Assembly: GCA_034104845.1 (NCBI GenBank)
Contig: JAXECZ010000062.1
Coordinates: 1,303-65,302 of the forward strand
Direction: 5' to 3'
DNA: 64,000 bases
From: Faecousia sp.
Lineage (GTDB): Bacteria > Bacillota > Clostridia > Oscillospirales > Oscillospiraceae
The notes beneath the pieces were generated by a model. The model made no database searches. It worked only from the letters and a program-made list of their open reading frames with translations, and was not told where the DNA came from. Numbering within the stretch: the first letter of the stretch is position 1; the number at the start of each line of letters is the position of its first letter. A program made the translations under genes and the position numbers. Shown here in pieces: positions 36,666 to 46,732 of the stretch.

Positions 36666-39209
36666 TTAATCCATCTTGACCTTGCTGATGATTTGATTGC
36701 AGGTTGTGCATCTGACAACGCTGTAGCTATCCGAGCCGTCTGGCTCAGTGACGGCGGCCCCGGCAACGTGATTTCCATACTCCGGATAACTGTAGCTGCA
36801 TTGGCTGCAGGAATGGGTTATGGAATAGCACCAGGCGCTGCCTGAGCCGGTATTCAAATGGCCGCTGGCGTCCAGGGGCGGCTCTGCGGAATTGAAAGAC
36901 CGTTCTCCGGCTGTCATCTGATGGCCGGCAGGGATTTTCTTCTGAGCCGTCAGCACCTCTCCGCACACGGAGCACACGGTGCCCTCGGTCAGGCCGTCCT
37001 GGGTGCAGGTGGCTGCCACGGCGGGCAGAATCTTCTTCGTATGGGGCAGTTTGGGCACAACCTCCTGGGCTTTCATCACATAGCTGCACACCCGGCAGGC
37101 AAGTCCCTCGGTCAGGCCGGTGGAGGTACAGGTGGCCGGAACTTCGGAGAGGCCGCCTCTTGTATGGGGCAGGGCGGGAATGACCTGGCTGGGTTCGATC
37201 TCATAGCCGCAGACCTCACAGACCACGCTCTCGGTGTAGCCATCCCGGAAGCAGGTGGCATAAAGGCCACGAACCTTCTTGGGAGTATGCTCCAGTCTGG
37301 GAATGACGGACTGCCGGAGCAGAATCTTGCCGCAGGTCTGGCACCGCTGCCCCGCAGTCAGCCCAATGGAAGAGCAGCTCGCCTCTCTGCCGGGAGTGGC
37401 AATGGGCGTATGCCCCAACTCCGGAATCTCCTCCTGCTCCACCAGGATCTCTCCACAATCCACACACCGGCTCCCCTGGGTCAAACCGGTTTTGGTACAG
37501 GTGGGAGCCTTGCCGGGAACCGTCTCCGGCTGATGCTCCAGCATGGGAATGGTCTTCCGGGGCTCCACCAGCTTTCCGCAGAGTGTACACTTCTGGCCAT
37601 CCGTCAAACCGGATTCGGTGCAGCTGGCTGCCTTGCCGGGAACGATTTCGCATGGATGGCCCAGGGCGGGAACCGTCTCCGGCGGGGTAATGATCTCACC
37701 GCAGACGCTGCATTTTGTACCGGCAGTGCTTCCGGCCTTTTCGCAGCTGGCTTCCACAGCCGGAATTTCCTCTAACTGGTGGCCCAGCGCAGCCACGGCT
37801 TCCTCTTCCCTAAGAACCTTGCCGCATACGGCGCAGCGCACCTCCCCTTTCAGCCCTGCTTCCGTGCAGGTTGGGGCGATATCGGCAGCGGCGGACTCCT
37901 CATGTCCCAGTGCAGGGATCCTCTGCTGGGGAATGAGAATCTCCTGACAGACGCTGCAATGCTCCCCCTGAGTTTTCCCATCCTCGGTGCAGGTAGCTTC
38001 CACCGCTTCATCCGTCACCGGAGTATGGCCCAGAGCAGGAATTTCCTCACAGCCGGAGAGTACTTCTCCGCAAAGCTGGCAGCGGGTGCCCGCAGTGAAC
38101 CCACTCTCGGTGCAGGTGGCTTCCACCGCCTCCACCGTTTCCGGGATATGGTCCAGAGCGGGGATTTCCTCGCAGCCGGAGAGGATTTCTCCACAGACGG
38201 TGCAGCGAACCCCCTCGGTCACACCGGTCTGGCTACAGGCAGCTTCCACACCGGGAACCGTTTCCTCAATATGCCCTGCAGCGGGAATACTCTGCTCCTC
38301 CCGGTGTCCGCAGAGGCTGCATTCCAGCGCAAGCAGGCCATCCTGTATGCAGGTTGCTTCCGCCACCACGGTTTCCACATAGTCGTGGCCGGTTTCCAGA
38401 AGATTGGTCAGCGTAGACTGGGATACGGACAGAGCGTATCCATTCTGGACATACTCCAGCAGCTGCCGAAGCACACCGGCGGGCAGCTTGCCGTAGGGAA
38501 TGGAAAGCTCTTTGGAACCGGTGCCCTGGCTGCTCACCTTGAGCCCGGTGGTTTCCACGGATCGCCAGAAATCTTCATCAATTTCATCGGAGAGGATAAA
38601 CCGGGTTTTCTTTCCGTTCTCCTGAACCAGTGCAGCCTCTCCCGCTTCCAGCTGGGAGGCTTCTCCGTTAGCACGGATGGTAACCTGGGCCTCGCCCTCA
38701 AACACCTCGATCAAAGTATAGGAGGCATCCTTCTCCTGAATTTTGGCGGCGCGAACCACGCCCTCCGGAACGGAGACGGTGATGGTATCCGTTTGAATTT
38801 CCAGCAGCTCTCCCTCTGCCAGGGGTTCCTCCGTGCCCAGAAGCACACCGCCCGCTTTCAGGACGATTCTGGTTTTGCCCAGCTCGGGGGTACCGGAGGC
38901 TTCCAGCTGGAGCTGGGACGCTTCCTCGACATAGACATACTTGTCCCCGTCGGCGCCAAGAGAGAGCTCCCCGCCATCGCCGACCCGCACACCATCGTCG
39001 CTTTTCAGGGTTTCTCCCTGCTGGGCGCTCTGGGCAGACTTGTCAGCATGAACAATCTCCGGGCCATTTCCGGAGCTCTCCACCCGAATTTCACGGCTGA
39101 AATTCTTGGTATCGATTTTTTCCGGCTTCACCTTTTCCGCACAGCTGCACAAACTCAGCACCAGGGCGGCAATCAGCAGGAAAACGAACGCTTTTTGAAA
39201 TCGCTTCAT
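36666..39209 (-). CDS. Lipoprotein with 12 tandem ~41-aa Cys-rich repeats (847 aa)
   Basis: Lipobox LVLSLCSC. The N-terminal beta-rich region is tentatively FecR-like (GDGGELSLGADGDKYVYVEEASQLQL...RIVLKAGGVLL). It is followed by 12 units of ..EA.C...G.T.G..C..CGE.L......IPALGH. Confidence 0.8.
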   Translation of the reverse strand: MKRFQKAFVFLLIAALVLSLCSCAEKVKPEKIDTKNFSREIRVESSGNGPEIVHADKSAQSAQQGETLKSDDGVRVGDGGELSLGADGDKYVYVEEASQLQLEASGTPELGKTRIVLKAGGVLLGTEEPLAEGELLEIQTDTITVSVPEGVVRAAKIQEKDASYTLIEVFEGEAQVTIRANGEASQLEAGEAALVQENGKKTRFILSDEIDEDFWRSVETTGLKVSSQGTGSKELSIPYGKLPAGVLRQLLEYVQNGYALSVSQSTLTNLLETGHDYVETVVAEATCIQDGLLALECSLCGHREEQSIPAAGHIEETVPGVEAACSQTGVTEGVRCTVCGEILSGCEEIPALDHIPETVEAVEATCTESGFTAGTRCQLCGEVLSGCEEIPALGHTPVTDEAVEATCTEDGKTQGEHCSVCQEILIPQQRIPALGHEESAAADIAPTCTEAGLKGEVRCAVCGKVLREEEAVAALGHQLEEIPAVEASCEKAGSTAGTKCSVCGEIITPPETVPALGHPCEIVPGKAASCTESGLTDGQKCTLCGKLVEPRKTIPMLEHQPETVPGKAPTCTKTGLTQGSRCVDCGEILVEQEEIPELGHTPIATPGREASCSSIGLTAGQRCQTCGKILLRQSVIPRLEHTPKKVRGLYATCFRDGYTESVVCEVCGYEIEPSQVIPALPHTRGGLSEVPATCTSTGLTEGLACRVCSYVMKAQEVVPKLPHTKKILPAVAATCTQDGLTEGTVCSVCGEVLTAQKKIPAGHQMTAGERSFNSAEPPLDASGHLNTGSGSAWCYSITHSCSQCSYSYPEYGNHVAGAAVTEPDGSDSYSVVRCTTCNQIISKVKMD
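36918..38387 (-). repeat. 12 x ~123-bp coding tandem repeats (C-x9-C-x2-C ... GH units)
   Basis: The units were parsed from the translation (aa ~275-764), for example IPETVEAVEATCTESGFTAGTRCQLCGEVLSGCEEIPALGH. Confidence 0.8.
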
Positions 39210-39452
39210 GTTTCTACCCCTTTCAGAAACGGATCGGTGGAAATCCGGATTGCATTTCCGAAAAACCAGATTCTCCCCCAGAGTATGATTATGGTTGCAT
39301 TATACCACACCCATGCACCGTTTTGCAAGTATTATTCACATATTTTTCTCTTATTTTTCGCGCTTTTTTCAACATTTTAACCAATGTTTAACCAGAATAA
39401 TCTCCAAAAATCACAAAGCAGCATTTCGGATTATCGATTTAGGGCAACTATG

Positions 39453-39476
39453 CAAAAAACCACCTCCGAAAAGGTG
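39453..39476 (-). terminator. Rho-independent terminator after the DUF1934 gene
   Basis: CCACCT-tttcgg-AGGTGG followed by TTTTTT on the minus strand. Confidence 0.7.
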
Positions 39477-39486
39477 GCTTTCTGGA

Positions 39487-39909
39487 TTATTTCTTCCGGA
39501 TGTCCAAATGGTAGTCGATGACGCCGGCCTCGGTGTTTTCGATGATGATGTTGTACGCCAGGTCGATGGAGCCGCCGTCGGGCACAATGTCGAAAAACAG
39601 ATGGGTAGCATTGACGGAGATCATCAAGGCGCCAAACTCCATGCGATAGAGGGAATCGTGGGGCACCCCCTCCTGGAATACCATGGTGCTGGTGAGCTTT
39701 CCGGTGCGAACCAGCGTGACCCTATCCGGCTCCACCCGGAAGGTGGTGGTCACGCCCGCCAGGCCGGTGAGCTCACTTTCCTCATAGGTGATGTCCCATC
39801 CGCCGTTACGGAACTCCATGGTTCCCTCGGTGTCCAGCCGAATGACCTCCGGCTCCTGGCCCACATAGGTCTGCCGCCCCTGGATGGACAAAATGACGGG
39901 AATTCTCAT
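39487..39909 (-). CDS. DUF1934-family protein (YwiB-like), 140 aa
   Basis: MRIPVILSIQGRQTYVGQEPEVIRLDTEGTMEFRNGGWDITYEESELTG...VTLVRTGKLTSTMVFQEG matches my recollection of DUF1934. It overlaps ddl by 4 nt. Confidence 0.75.
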   Translation of the reverse strand: MRIPVILSIQGRQTYVGQEPEVIRLDTEGTMEFRNGGWDITYEESELTGLAGVTTTFRVEPDRVTLVRTGKLTSTMVFQEGVPHDSLYRMEFGALMISVNATHLFFDIVPDGGSIDLAYNIIIENTEAGVIDYHLDIRKK

Positions 39910-40973
39910 TCCTCTTCCTCCATGGCCAGCTGAATCAGCTCGTCAATCAACTGGGAATAGGGAATGCCGCTGGCGGCGAAGAGCTTGGGATACATGGAGA
40001 TGGAGGTGAATCCGGGAATGGTGTTGATTTCATTGAACACCGGCCTGCCATCCTCTGTGACAAAGAAGTCCACCCGGCTCAGCCCGGTGCAGCCGATGGC
40101 CTGATAGACCCGGACAGCCAGCTCCCGAACCTGCTCCGACGTTTCCTCGGAAATCCGGGCGGGAATGTAGGACACGGAGGTATCGGTGATGTATTTGGCA
40201 TCGTAATCGTAGAACTCCGCGCCGGAGTCGATTTCACCGCAGACGGAGGCAACCGGACTTTCATTGCCCATGACGGCAACCTCAATTTCCTTGCCCCGGA
40301 TGTATTCCTCCACCAGCACCTTATCATCATACACCGCAGCGGAAAGCAGGCCCTCCCGCAGCTGATCCTGATTGGCCGCCTTGGAAACGCCCACAGAGGA
40401 GCCGGTACCGGCGGGCTTAACAAACATGGGATAATCAAAGCGGCTTTCCAGCTGAGAAATCACATGTTCCATATGGCAGTCCAGCTCTATCCGCCGGGCC
40501 AGGAACCAATCCGCCTGGGGTACATCTGCCTGACCGGCCACCAGCTTGGTCAGGGTTTTGTCCATGGCCACGGCGGAGGCGGCAACCTGGGGCCCTACAT
40601 AGGGAATGCCCGCCAGCTGCAAAAGCCCCTGGATGGTGCCATCCTCTCCATTCTCACCATGGAGCACCGGAAAAACCACATCGATGCGCTCCCGAACCAC
40701 ACAGTCGCCCTCGAAGCACAGCAGGCCCTGCCCCCGCACGGGAGAAATGGTGGAGCGCCGGTTGCCGGGATAATCCCGCCACTCCCCGGTGGGAAGCAGG
40801 GAATAATCCTTGCCCACATAATGAATCCAGTCTCCCTCTTTTGTGATGCCAATGGGGAAGATATTATATTTGCTTTGATCCATGTTTTTCAGAACGGATT
40901 CCGCGCTTCGCAGAGAAACCTCGTGCTCCGGGCTGATGCCGCCGAACAGGACACATACACTGAGTTTTTTCAC
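39906..40973 (-). CDS. ddl: D-alanine--D-alanine ligase (355 aa)
   Basis: VLFGGISPEHEVSLRSA, FPVLHGENGEDGTIQGLLQLAGIPYVG, FVKPAGTGSSVGVSKA and NEINTIPGFT. Confidence 0.95.
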   Translation of the reverse strand: MKKLSVCVLFGGISPEHEVSLRSAESVLKNMDQSKYNIFPIGITKEGDWIHYVGKDYSLLPTGEWRDYPGNRRSTISPVRGQGLLCFEGDCVVRERIDVVFPVLHGENGEDGTIQGLLQLAGIPYVGPQVAASAVAMDKTLTKLVAGQADVPQADWFLARRIELDCHMEHVISQLESRFDYPMFVKPAGTGSSVGVSKAANQDQLREGLLSAAVYDDKVLVEEYIRGKEIEVAVMGNESPVASVCGEIDSGAEFYDYDAKYITDTSVSYIPARISEETSEQVRELAVRVYQAIGCTGLSRVDFFVTEDGRPVFNEINTIPGFTSISMYPKLFAASGIPYSQLIDELIQLAMEEEE

Positions 40974-40991
40974 GATGACAGCCTCACTTTT

Positions 40992-42347
40992 TCAATCCTT
41001 GAGAAGTGCTTCTCCGGCACGGAAAATATCCCCCGCACCAATGGTAATCACCAGATCCCCAGGCCGAATGACGGAACGAAGATAATTCGTCACCTCGGGG
41101 AGCGTTTCGCAGTATACCGCGCCAGGAATTTTGTCAGCCAAATCCTGAGAAGAAATTCCGCTGGTGTTCCGCTCCCGGGCGGCATAAATCTCCGCCAGGA
41201 CCAAGACATCGGGCTTGGAAAGCTCCCGGACAAAATCCTGGAAAAGAGCCTGGGTTCTGGAATAGGTATGGGGCTGGAAAGCCACCACCAGCCGGCGGTT
41301 CCCCATGGTTCTGGCGGTATCCAGAGTGGCCCGCAGCTCATCGGGGTGGTGGGCGTAGTCGTCATAAACATCCGCACCGTGGAAGCTGCCCTTGAATTCC
41401 ATCCGCCGTCCGGCACCATGGAACGAGGCCACACCTCGGGTTACCGCCTCGCCGGGAATACCCAGCATCCAGGAGGCCGCAGCAGCGCCCAGGGTGTTCA
41501 GGGCATTGTGCCGGCCCATGACGCCCATGTCCACATGGCAGTAGAACTCCCCGTCCACCGTGACGTTAAAATGCCGCCAATCCTCGGAAATCTCCTGCGC
41601 CCGGACCCGGTTCTGCTCCCCCAGGCCAAAGGAGACATGCTGGATGCCTTTCATGGCCTCTACCGTGTGGGGATCGTCCCCGTTGGCAGCCACGCCAAAG
41701 GTAGCCATTTCGGCAAACTTATGAAAAGATTTTTGAATGTCTGCCAGATCCTTGAAATAGTCCAGGTGGTCTGCCTCCACATTCAATACCACCGCCAGAG
41801 TGGGGAAGAAATTCAGGAAAGAATCGCAGTATTCACAGCTTTCCAGCACGATGGTATCCCCATGCCCCACCCGATGTCCCGCATGGAGCAGGGGCAGATA
41901 GCCGCCGATCATCACCGTGGGATCCATCCTTGCCTCCATGAGAATGTGGGTCATCATGGAGGTGGTGGTGGTTTTTCCATGGGTGCCGGAGATGCAGATG
42001 GCGTTTTTGTAGGATTTCATGATCTCGCCCCAGGCCTGGGCCCGCTCGAACACGGGAATGCCTGCGCTGCGGGCAGCGGCGATTTCCGGGTTGTCATTGT
42101 GGACGGCGGCAGTACGGATCACGCAGTCCGCGCCCTGGACATTCTCTCCCCGGTGCCCGATGGCCACATGAATTCCATGCTCCTCCAATTCCTCGGTGGA
42201 GAGAGAGGCACTCATATCGGAGCCGGTAACCTCCAGGCCCATGCCCTTGAGCACCAGTCCCAGGGGCCGCATGGAAACGCCGCCGATGCCAATCAGGTGC
42301 ACCCTCCGGCCGGGAACAATATATTCAGAAATATCATATGTTTTCAT
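40992..42347 (-). CDS. murC: UDP-N-acetylmuramate--L-alanine ligase (451 aa)
   Basis: HLIGIGGVSMRPLGLVLKGMG and ICISGTHGKTTTTSMMTHIL. The start was moved to ATG 42347 (MKTYDISEY...). Confidence 0.95.
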   Translation of the reverse strand: MKTYDISEYIVPGRRVHLIGIGGVSMRPLGLVLKGMGLEVTGSDMSASLSTEELEEHGIHVAIGHRGENVQGADCVIRTAAVHNDNPEIAAARSAGIPVFERAQAWGEIMKSYKNAICISGTHGKTTTTSMMTHILMEARMDPTVMIGGYLPLLHAGHRVGHGDTIVLESCEYCDSFLNFFPTLAVVLNVEADHLDYFKDLADIQKSFHKFAEMATFGVAANGDDPHTVEAMKGIQHVSFGLGEQNRVRAQEISEDWRHFNVTVDGEFYCHVDMGVMGRHNALNTLGAAAASWMLGIPGEAVTRGVASFHGAGRRMEFKGSFHGADVYDDYAHHPDELRATLDTARTMGNRRLVVAFQPHTYSRTQALFQDFVRELSKPDVLVLAEIYAARERNTSGISSQDLADKIPGAVYCETLPEVTNYLRSVIRPGDLVITIGAGDIFRAGEALLKD

Positions 42348-42534
42348 ACAAAAAATAACTCCCTTACAAGAGTACATATTCATACGATTTTGAATTATAC
42401 ACCATAGCCGTCTTCAGCGCAATTACAAATTGTTACTGTTCTTTGAATTCGTACCGATTCTACGTTTTTTGGCAAAAATTACCCGCCGAAACCTTGGCTC
42501 CGGCGGGTAAATATCATACATTTGTTTGTGAATC

Positions 42535-44184
42535 TCAGGCGAAATCATTGGATATGGGGCTTCCGTCCACCAGCACATCGTAGGAGAAATAGTCCGCGTA
42601 AAGCTCCTCGCCTTCGATGTCGTGGATGTCGCAGCCATCCATACGGACATTGGTGCAGCGATAGAACCAGGCGCCGCCGCTGCTGCATTCATAAATCTCC
42701 GTGTCCGCCACATTCAGGCCGCTGCAGCTCACAGCCTCGATTCCAACGGTGCCGCAGCCAAAGAGCTTGCAATTTTCAATGGAAGAATCATTCACATATT
42801 CCAGCATCAGTACGCCGCCGGAGCAGGCACCGGGCTCCAGGGTGTGTCCGACCTTGATGTTTTTCAGGCACAGGTTATTCAGGTTTACAAACCGCAGCAC
42901 ATTGGCATACCGAGGCTCCGTGACAATGGACACCGCCTCCGGGTCTGCCGCCTCAATGGTCAGATCGTTCACCCCACGAATCACCAGCTCATAGCCGTCG
43001 TAGGTACTCTGCCAGTGGCAGTAGGCACTTCCCAGAGCGGAATAGCCAGTGGCCTGGGCCAGATTATATTCCCCCGGCTCCAAATAGATGGTGGTATCCG
43101 GTGCGATGGCCGCCAGGAATTCATCCACATTGGTCACATGAACCTTGCCGTCCTCACTCTTTTCTACCTTGGGCATTCCGGGCAGCCCGGCAGGCTCCCA
43201 GGTGACGGTACGCATCTTCATGAAGTTCAGGTCTCCCTCGGTGAGCTCCTTTCCGTCAACGTCAACGGGCATCACGTTTTCCGCCCAAGCATGATCGACA
43301 TAGTCAAAGCGGCAGCTTTCCACGGTTACAGGCTTTCCATTGCCCTGGAACACCCAATCGAACTGGTTGTCGTGGACATCCAATCCTCCCAGGTAGATGC
43401 CCGGGCCATCGGAGTTCACCAGACTGCAATATCCAAAATCACTGTAGTTGCCGTAGATTTCGGAATTGATGACGGCAATGTCATAGGAGCTGTAGATTTC
43501 AAACACGCCGCCATAGAGCACGCAATTGTAGAATTTCCCGTTTTCCAGGAGGACATTGCTGCTGCCCTCCACATACACGCATCCCTGACTGCATTCATAC
43601 ACATCGGTGCAGTCCACCCGGACATTCTGGCAGTTTCGCAGGTCAATACCCCGGACGCCGCAGCCGTAGAGCCGGGTATTCTGAATCTCCACATTGCTGC
43701 TGGACTCCACATAGAGCACGCCGCCGATGCAGCTGCCCTGCTCCTTGGTATGGCCCAGGGTGATATTCTCGATTTTCAGATTCGCGGCATAATCGAAGCG
43801 CAGTACGTTGGAATACCGAGGCTCCGTGGAAATGGTCACCTGGGCGGAATTCTGCCCATTGATGGTTAGGTTGTTGGCATCGGTAATCACCAGCTCACAG
43901 CCATCGAAGGTGGATTCCCAGTGGTAGTATTTGCCGCCGATGCGTCCGTAGCCCGTAGCCTGGGTCAGATTATATTCACCGGGGGCCAGGACGATCTCGG
44001 TATCCGGCGCAATGGCGGCCAGAAATTCATCCACCGTGGATACCTGGACGGTATTGACACTTTCCGTCTCCTTGGGCATGTCCTCCGCCCGGGCGGGAAC
44101 CCCGGCAAGCAGGCAGGCAAACATAGCGAGGCACACAAACAGGGCAAGTCCGGTTTTTTGTAATGGATTGCGTTTCATTTCCAT
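42535..44184 (-). CDS. Secreted right-handed beta-helix repeat protein, internally duplicated (about 549 aa)
   Basis: Signal peptide MKRNPLQKTGLALFVCLAMFACLLAGVPARA. Two homologous halves each begin V(S/T)(T/N)VDEFLAAIAPDT..(A/E)PGEYNL(T/A)QATGY and carry parallel-beta-helix-like coils (N..I.N..L.GCG..GI). Confidence 0.7.
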   Translation of the reverse strand: MEMKRNPLQKTGLALFVCLAMFACLLAGVPARAEDMPKETESVNTVQVSTVDEFLAAIAPDTEIVLAPGEYNLTQATGYGRIGGKYYHWESTFDGCELVITDANNLTINGQNSAQVTISTEPRYSNVLRFDYAANLKIENITLGHTKEQGSCIGGVLYVESSSNVEIQNTRLYGCGVRGIDLRNCQNVRVDCTDVYECSQGCVYVEGSSNVLLENGKFYNCVLYGGVFEIYSSYDIAVINSEIYGNYSDFGYCSLVNSDGPGIYLGGLDVHDNQFDWVFQGNGKPVTVESCRFDYVDHAWAENVMPVDVDGKELTEGDLNFMKMRTVTWEPAGLPGMPKVEKSEDGKVHVTNVDEFLAAIAPDTTIYLEPGEYNLAQATGYSALGSAYCHWQSTYDGYELVIRGVNDLTIEAADPEAVSIVTEPRYANVLRFVNLNNLCLKNIKVGHTLEPGACSGGVLMLEYVNDSSIENCKLFGCGTVGIEAVSCSGLNVADTEIYECSSGGAWFYRCTNVRMDGCDIHDIEGEELYADYFSYDVLVDGSPISNDFA

Positions 44185-44282
44185 CCATCCTTTCCTGATT
44201 CTTGGTAAAATAAGGATAACACCGGCTCCCTCCACTGTCAATCTCCCTGGCAGAAACTTTAACCATTCTTAAAAATTGAAAG

Positions 44283-44344
44283 GCCGCCGGATTAACCGGC
44301 GGCAAATTGGAATTTGGCGGGGAGGCCCCGCCAAATTCCAATTT
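44283..44344 (-). terminator. Tandem hairpins, including a 19-bp perfect stem, after the DUF5662-like gene
   Basis: GCCGCCGG-attaa-CCGGCGGC, then CAAATTGGAATTTGGCGGGG-aggc-CCCGCCAAATTCCAATTT. Confidence 0.7.
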
Positions 44345-44374
44345 ATTTGACTGCTACGGCCACCGATGAGCAAA

Positions 44375-44938
44375 TTACCGGCCTGATGCTTCCCAGGGAA
44401 AGGGCTTGTTTTTCAGAACGCTTTCCCTCAGGTAGTGGAACGTCTCTTCCTCTCCCCGCTCCTTCAGCATGGTGAGAATGTACTCCAGTTGATGCAGGGT
44501 TTCCGGGTGCATCAAAAGACGCTCATGGCTCTTCTCCAGGTATTCCAGCTCCGCGCCGGGATGATAGTTGCTTCCCTGGTAGGTCATGCAGGCGGCCCGG
44601 CGATCCATCACCATTTCCGCCAGGTATTTCCTCGGCATCATCACCGGCTCATAGCGGTGGGTTTGCGGGTTCATATCCGTCCAATATTCGTAGTGATGCC
44701 GGTTGCGGCCCTTGTGGTGCATCCAGGCCTCGCTGTACCCCTTTTCCTCCCGCTCGGCGGCGTTGGGGCTGCGATTTCCCTGATAGTAGCGAACGCCCTG
44801 CCAAAATTCCGTGGGAGCGTACTTGGAAAGGTCGTGGCAAAGTCCCTGGCGATACAGGCCGATCCGAAAGCAGCCCAACAGAACCCGCCACCGATGGAGG
44901 GTGATGGTTTTCAAATGCCCAAAGGCTTTCATTTTCAT
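44375..44938 (-). CDS. DUF5662-like protein (187 aa)
   Basis: ..GLCHDLSKYAPTEFWQGVRYYQGNRSPNAAEREEKGYSEAWMHHKGRNRHHYEYW.. matches my recollection of DUF5662. Its start overlaps the prfC stop (TAATG). Confidence 0.6.
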   Translation of the reverse strand: MKMKAFGHLKTITLHRWRVLLGCFRIGLYRQGLCHDLSKYAPTEFWQGVRYYQGNRSPNAAEREEKGYSEAWMHHKGRNRHHYEYWTDMNPQTHRYEPVMMPRKYLAEMVMDRRAACMTYQGSNYHPGAELEYLEKSHERLLMHPETLHQLEYILTMLKERGEEETFHYLRESVLKNKPFPWEASGR

Positions 44939-46530
44939 TATCCTTCCGACACCACGATTTCCGACACCTGGAGGCCCGGATTCCTCTTGCAGGTAAAGTC
45001 GATGGCCCAGTAGCTGGAGAATACAATCAGGCTCCTGCCCCGGTAATCCTCCAAAAGCTCTGCGTCGCTGCCCAGGTTCAGATCACTCAAGTCCCCCGGA
45101 TAGCTGTCAATAAGCCGGATCTCCTCATAGGGCAACCCCTCCATCCGAAGATCCACACCGTATTCACTCTTCATCCGGTACTGGAACACGTCAAACTGCA
45201 GTGTGCCCACCACGCCCACGATCACCTCTTCCATACCGGAATTGGGAACCTTGAAAATCTGAATGGCACCCTCCTGGGCAATCTGCTCCGTACCCTTGAC
45301 GAACTGCTTGCGCTTCATGGAGTCCTTGGCGGACACCCGGGCAAAATGCTCCGGGGCAAAGGTGGGGATGCCGGAGAACCGAAATTTCTTCCCCGGAACA
45401 GTGATGGTATCGCCGATGGAAAAAATGCCCGGGTCAAACACGCCGATCACATCCCCGGCATAGGCCTCGTCCACAATTTCCCGCTCCGCGGCCATCAGCT
45501 GCTGGGGCTGGGACAGGCGCATTTTCCTGCCGCCCTGGACATGGTAGTATTCCGCGTCCCGCTGGAATTTGCCGGAGCAGATACGCATGAAAGCCAGCCG
45601 GTCCCGGTGGGCCTTGTTCATATTTGCCTGGATTTTAAACACAAAAGCGGAGAAATCCGGGCTGAAGGTGTCAATCTCTCCGCAATCGGCAACACGGGCC
45701 AGGGGCGGAGGTGTGAGCTTCAGGAAAGATTCCAGGAACGGCTCGATACCGAAATTGGTCAGGGCGGAGCCGAAGAACACCGGACTCAACTGCCCCCGCT
45801 TCACTTCCTCAAAATCCAGCTCCCGACCGGCAGAGAGCAGCTCCACATCGTCGATCAGCTGCTGATGCTTTTCGCTGCTGTCCAGCAACTGGGCAACCTG
45901 GGGATCGTACAGGTCAATTTCCAGCTTTTCCGCCTTGTTCTTGCCGGAAACACCAGAGAAGAACAGCAGCTGACTCTTCTCCCGGTCATAGACGCCCTGG
46001 AAGTCCTTGCCGGAGCCAATGGGCCAGTTCATCGCATAGGTTTCAATGCCCAGCTCCCGCTCCAATTCGTCCAACAGATCAAAGGGGTCCTTGGCCTCCC
46101 GGTCCATTTTATTCACAAAGGTGAAGATTGGGATATGCCGCATGGCGCAGACCTTAAAGAGCTTCCGGGTCTGGGGCTCCACGCCCTTGGCGCCGTCGAT
46201 GACCATCACAGCGGAGTCCGCCGCCATCAGGGTGCGGTAGGTATCCTCGGAGAAGTCCTGGTGTCCGGGGGTATCCAGAATGTTGATGCAGAAGCCCTCG
46301 TACTGAAACTGCATCACGGAAGAGGTGACGGAAATACCACGCTGCTTTTCAATCTCCATCCAGTCGGAAGTGGCGGCACGGGCATTCTTCTTGCCCGTGA
46401 CCACGCCAGCCTGGGCAATGGCGCCGCCGTAGAGCAGGAATTTTTCGGTTAAGGTAGTTTTACCGGCGTCTGGGTGAGAGATAATGGCAAAGGTCCGGCG
46501 ACGGCTGATTTGTTCAACTAATTCTGACAT
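44938..46530 (-). CDS. prfC: Peptide chain release factor 3 (530 aa)
   Basis: RRTFAIISHPDAGKTTLTEKFLLYGGAI (G1), ILDTPGHQDFSEDT (G3) and FVNKMDRE (G4). The ATG at 46530 has a GGAGGAA RBS at 46537-46543. Confidence 0.95.
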   Translation of the reverse strand: MSELVEQISRRRTFAIISHPDAGKTTLTEKFLLYGGAIAQAGVVTGKKNARAATSDWMEIEKQRGISVTSSVMQFQYEGFCINILDTPGHQDFSEDTYRTLMAADSAVMVIDGAKGVEPQTRKLFKVCAMRHIPIFTFVNKMDREAKDPFDLLDELERELGIETYAMNWPIGSGKDFQGVYDREKSQLLFFSGVSGKNKAEKLEIDLYDPQVAQLLDSSEKHQQLIDDVELLSAGRELDFEEVKRGQLSPVFFGSALTNFGIEPFLESFLKLTPPPLARVADCGEIDTFSPDFSAFVFKIQANMNKAHRDRLAFMRICSGKFQRDAEYYHVQGGRKMRLSQPQQLMAAEREIVDEAYAGDVIGVFDPGIFSIGDTITVPGKKFRFSGIPTFAPEHFARVSAKDSMKRKQFVKGTEQIAQEGAIQIFKVPNSGMEEVIVGVVGTLQFDVFQYRMKSEYGVDLRMEGLPYEEIRLIDSYPGDLSDLNLGSDAELLEDYRGRSLIVFSSYWAIDFTCKRNPGLQVSEIVVSEG

Positions 46531-46686
46531 AGTGGGTTCCTCCAAAGTGGTTTGATTTGATAACGCTGCTTCTTTGGAAGAACGCTACGTTGGAGCGTAA
46601 CGCATGTGGCTGCCTCCTAACGGTTAAATAAAGACATTTCTTTTGGATTTTAACACAGATGTTCCCGGTTTACAAGAGGAATTCAC

Positions 46687-46717
46687 AAAAAAGAACGCCC
46701 GAATGGCTCAGGCGTCC
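46687..46717 (-). terminator. Rho-independent terminator after the ABC ATPase gene
   Basis: On the minus strand, GGACGCC-loop-GGCGTTC followed by TTTTTT. Confidence 0.6.
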
Positions 46718-46732
46718 TTTGGAATATGGCTT

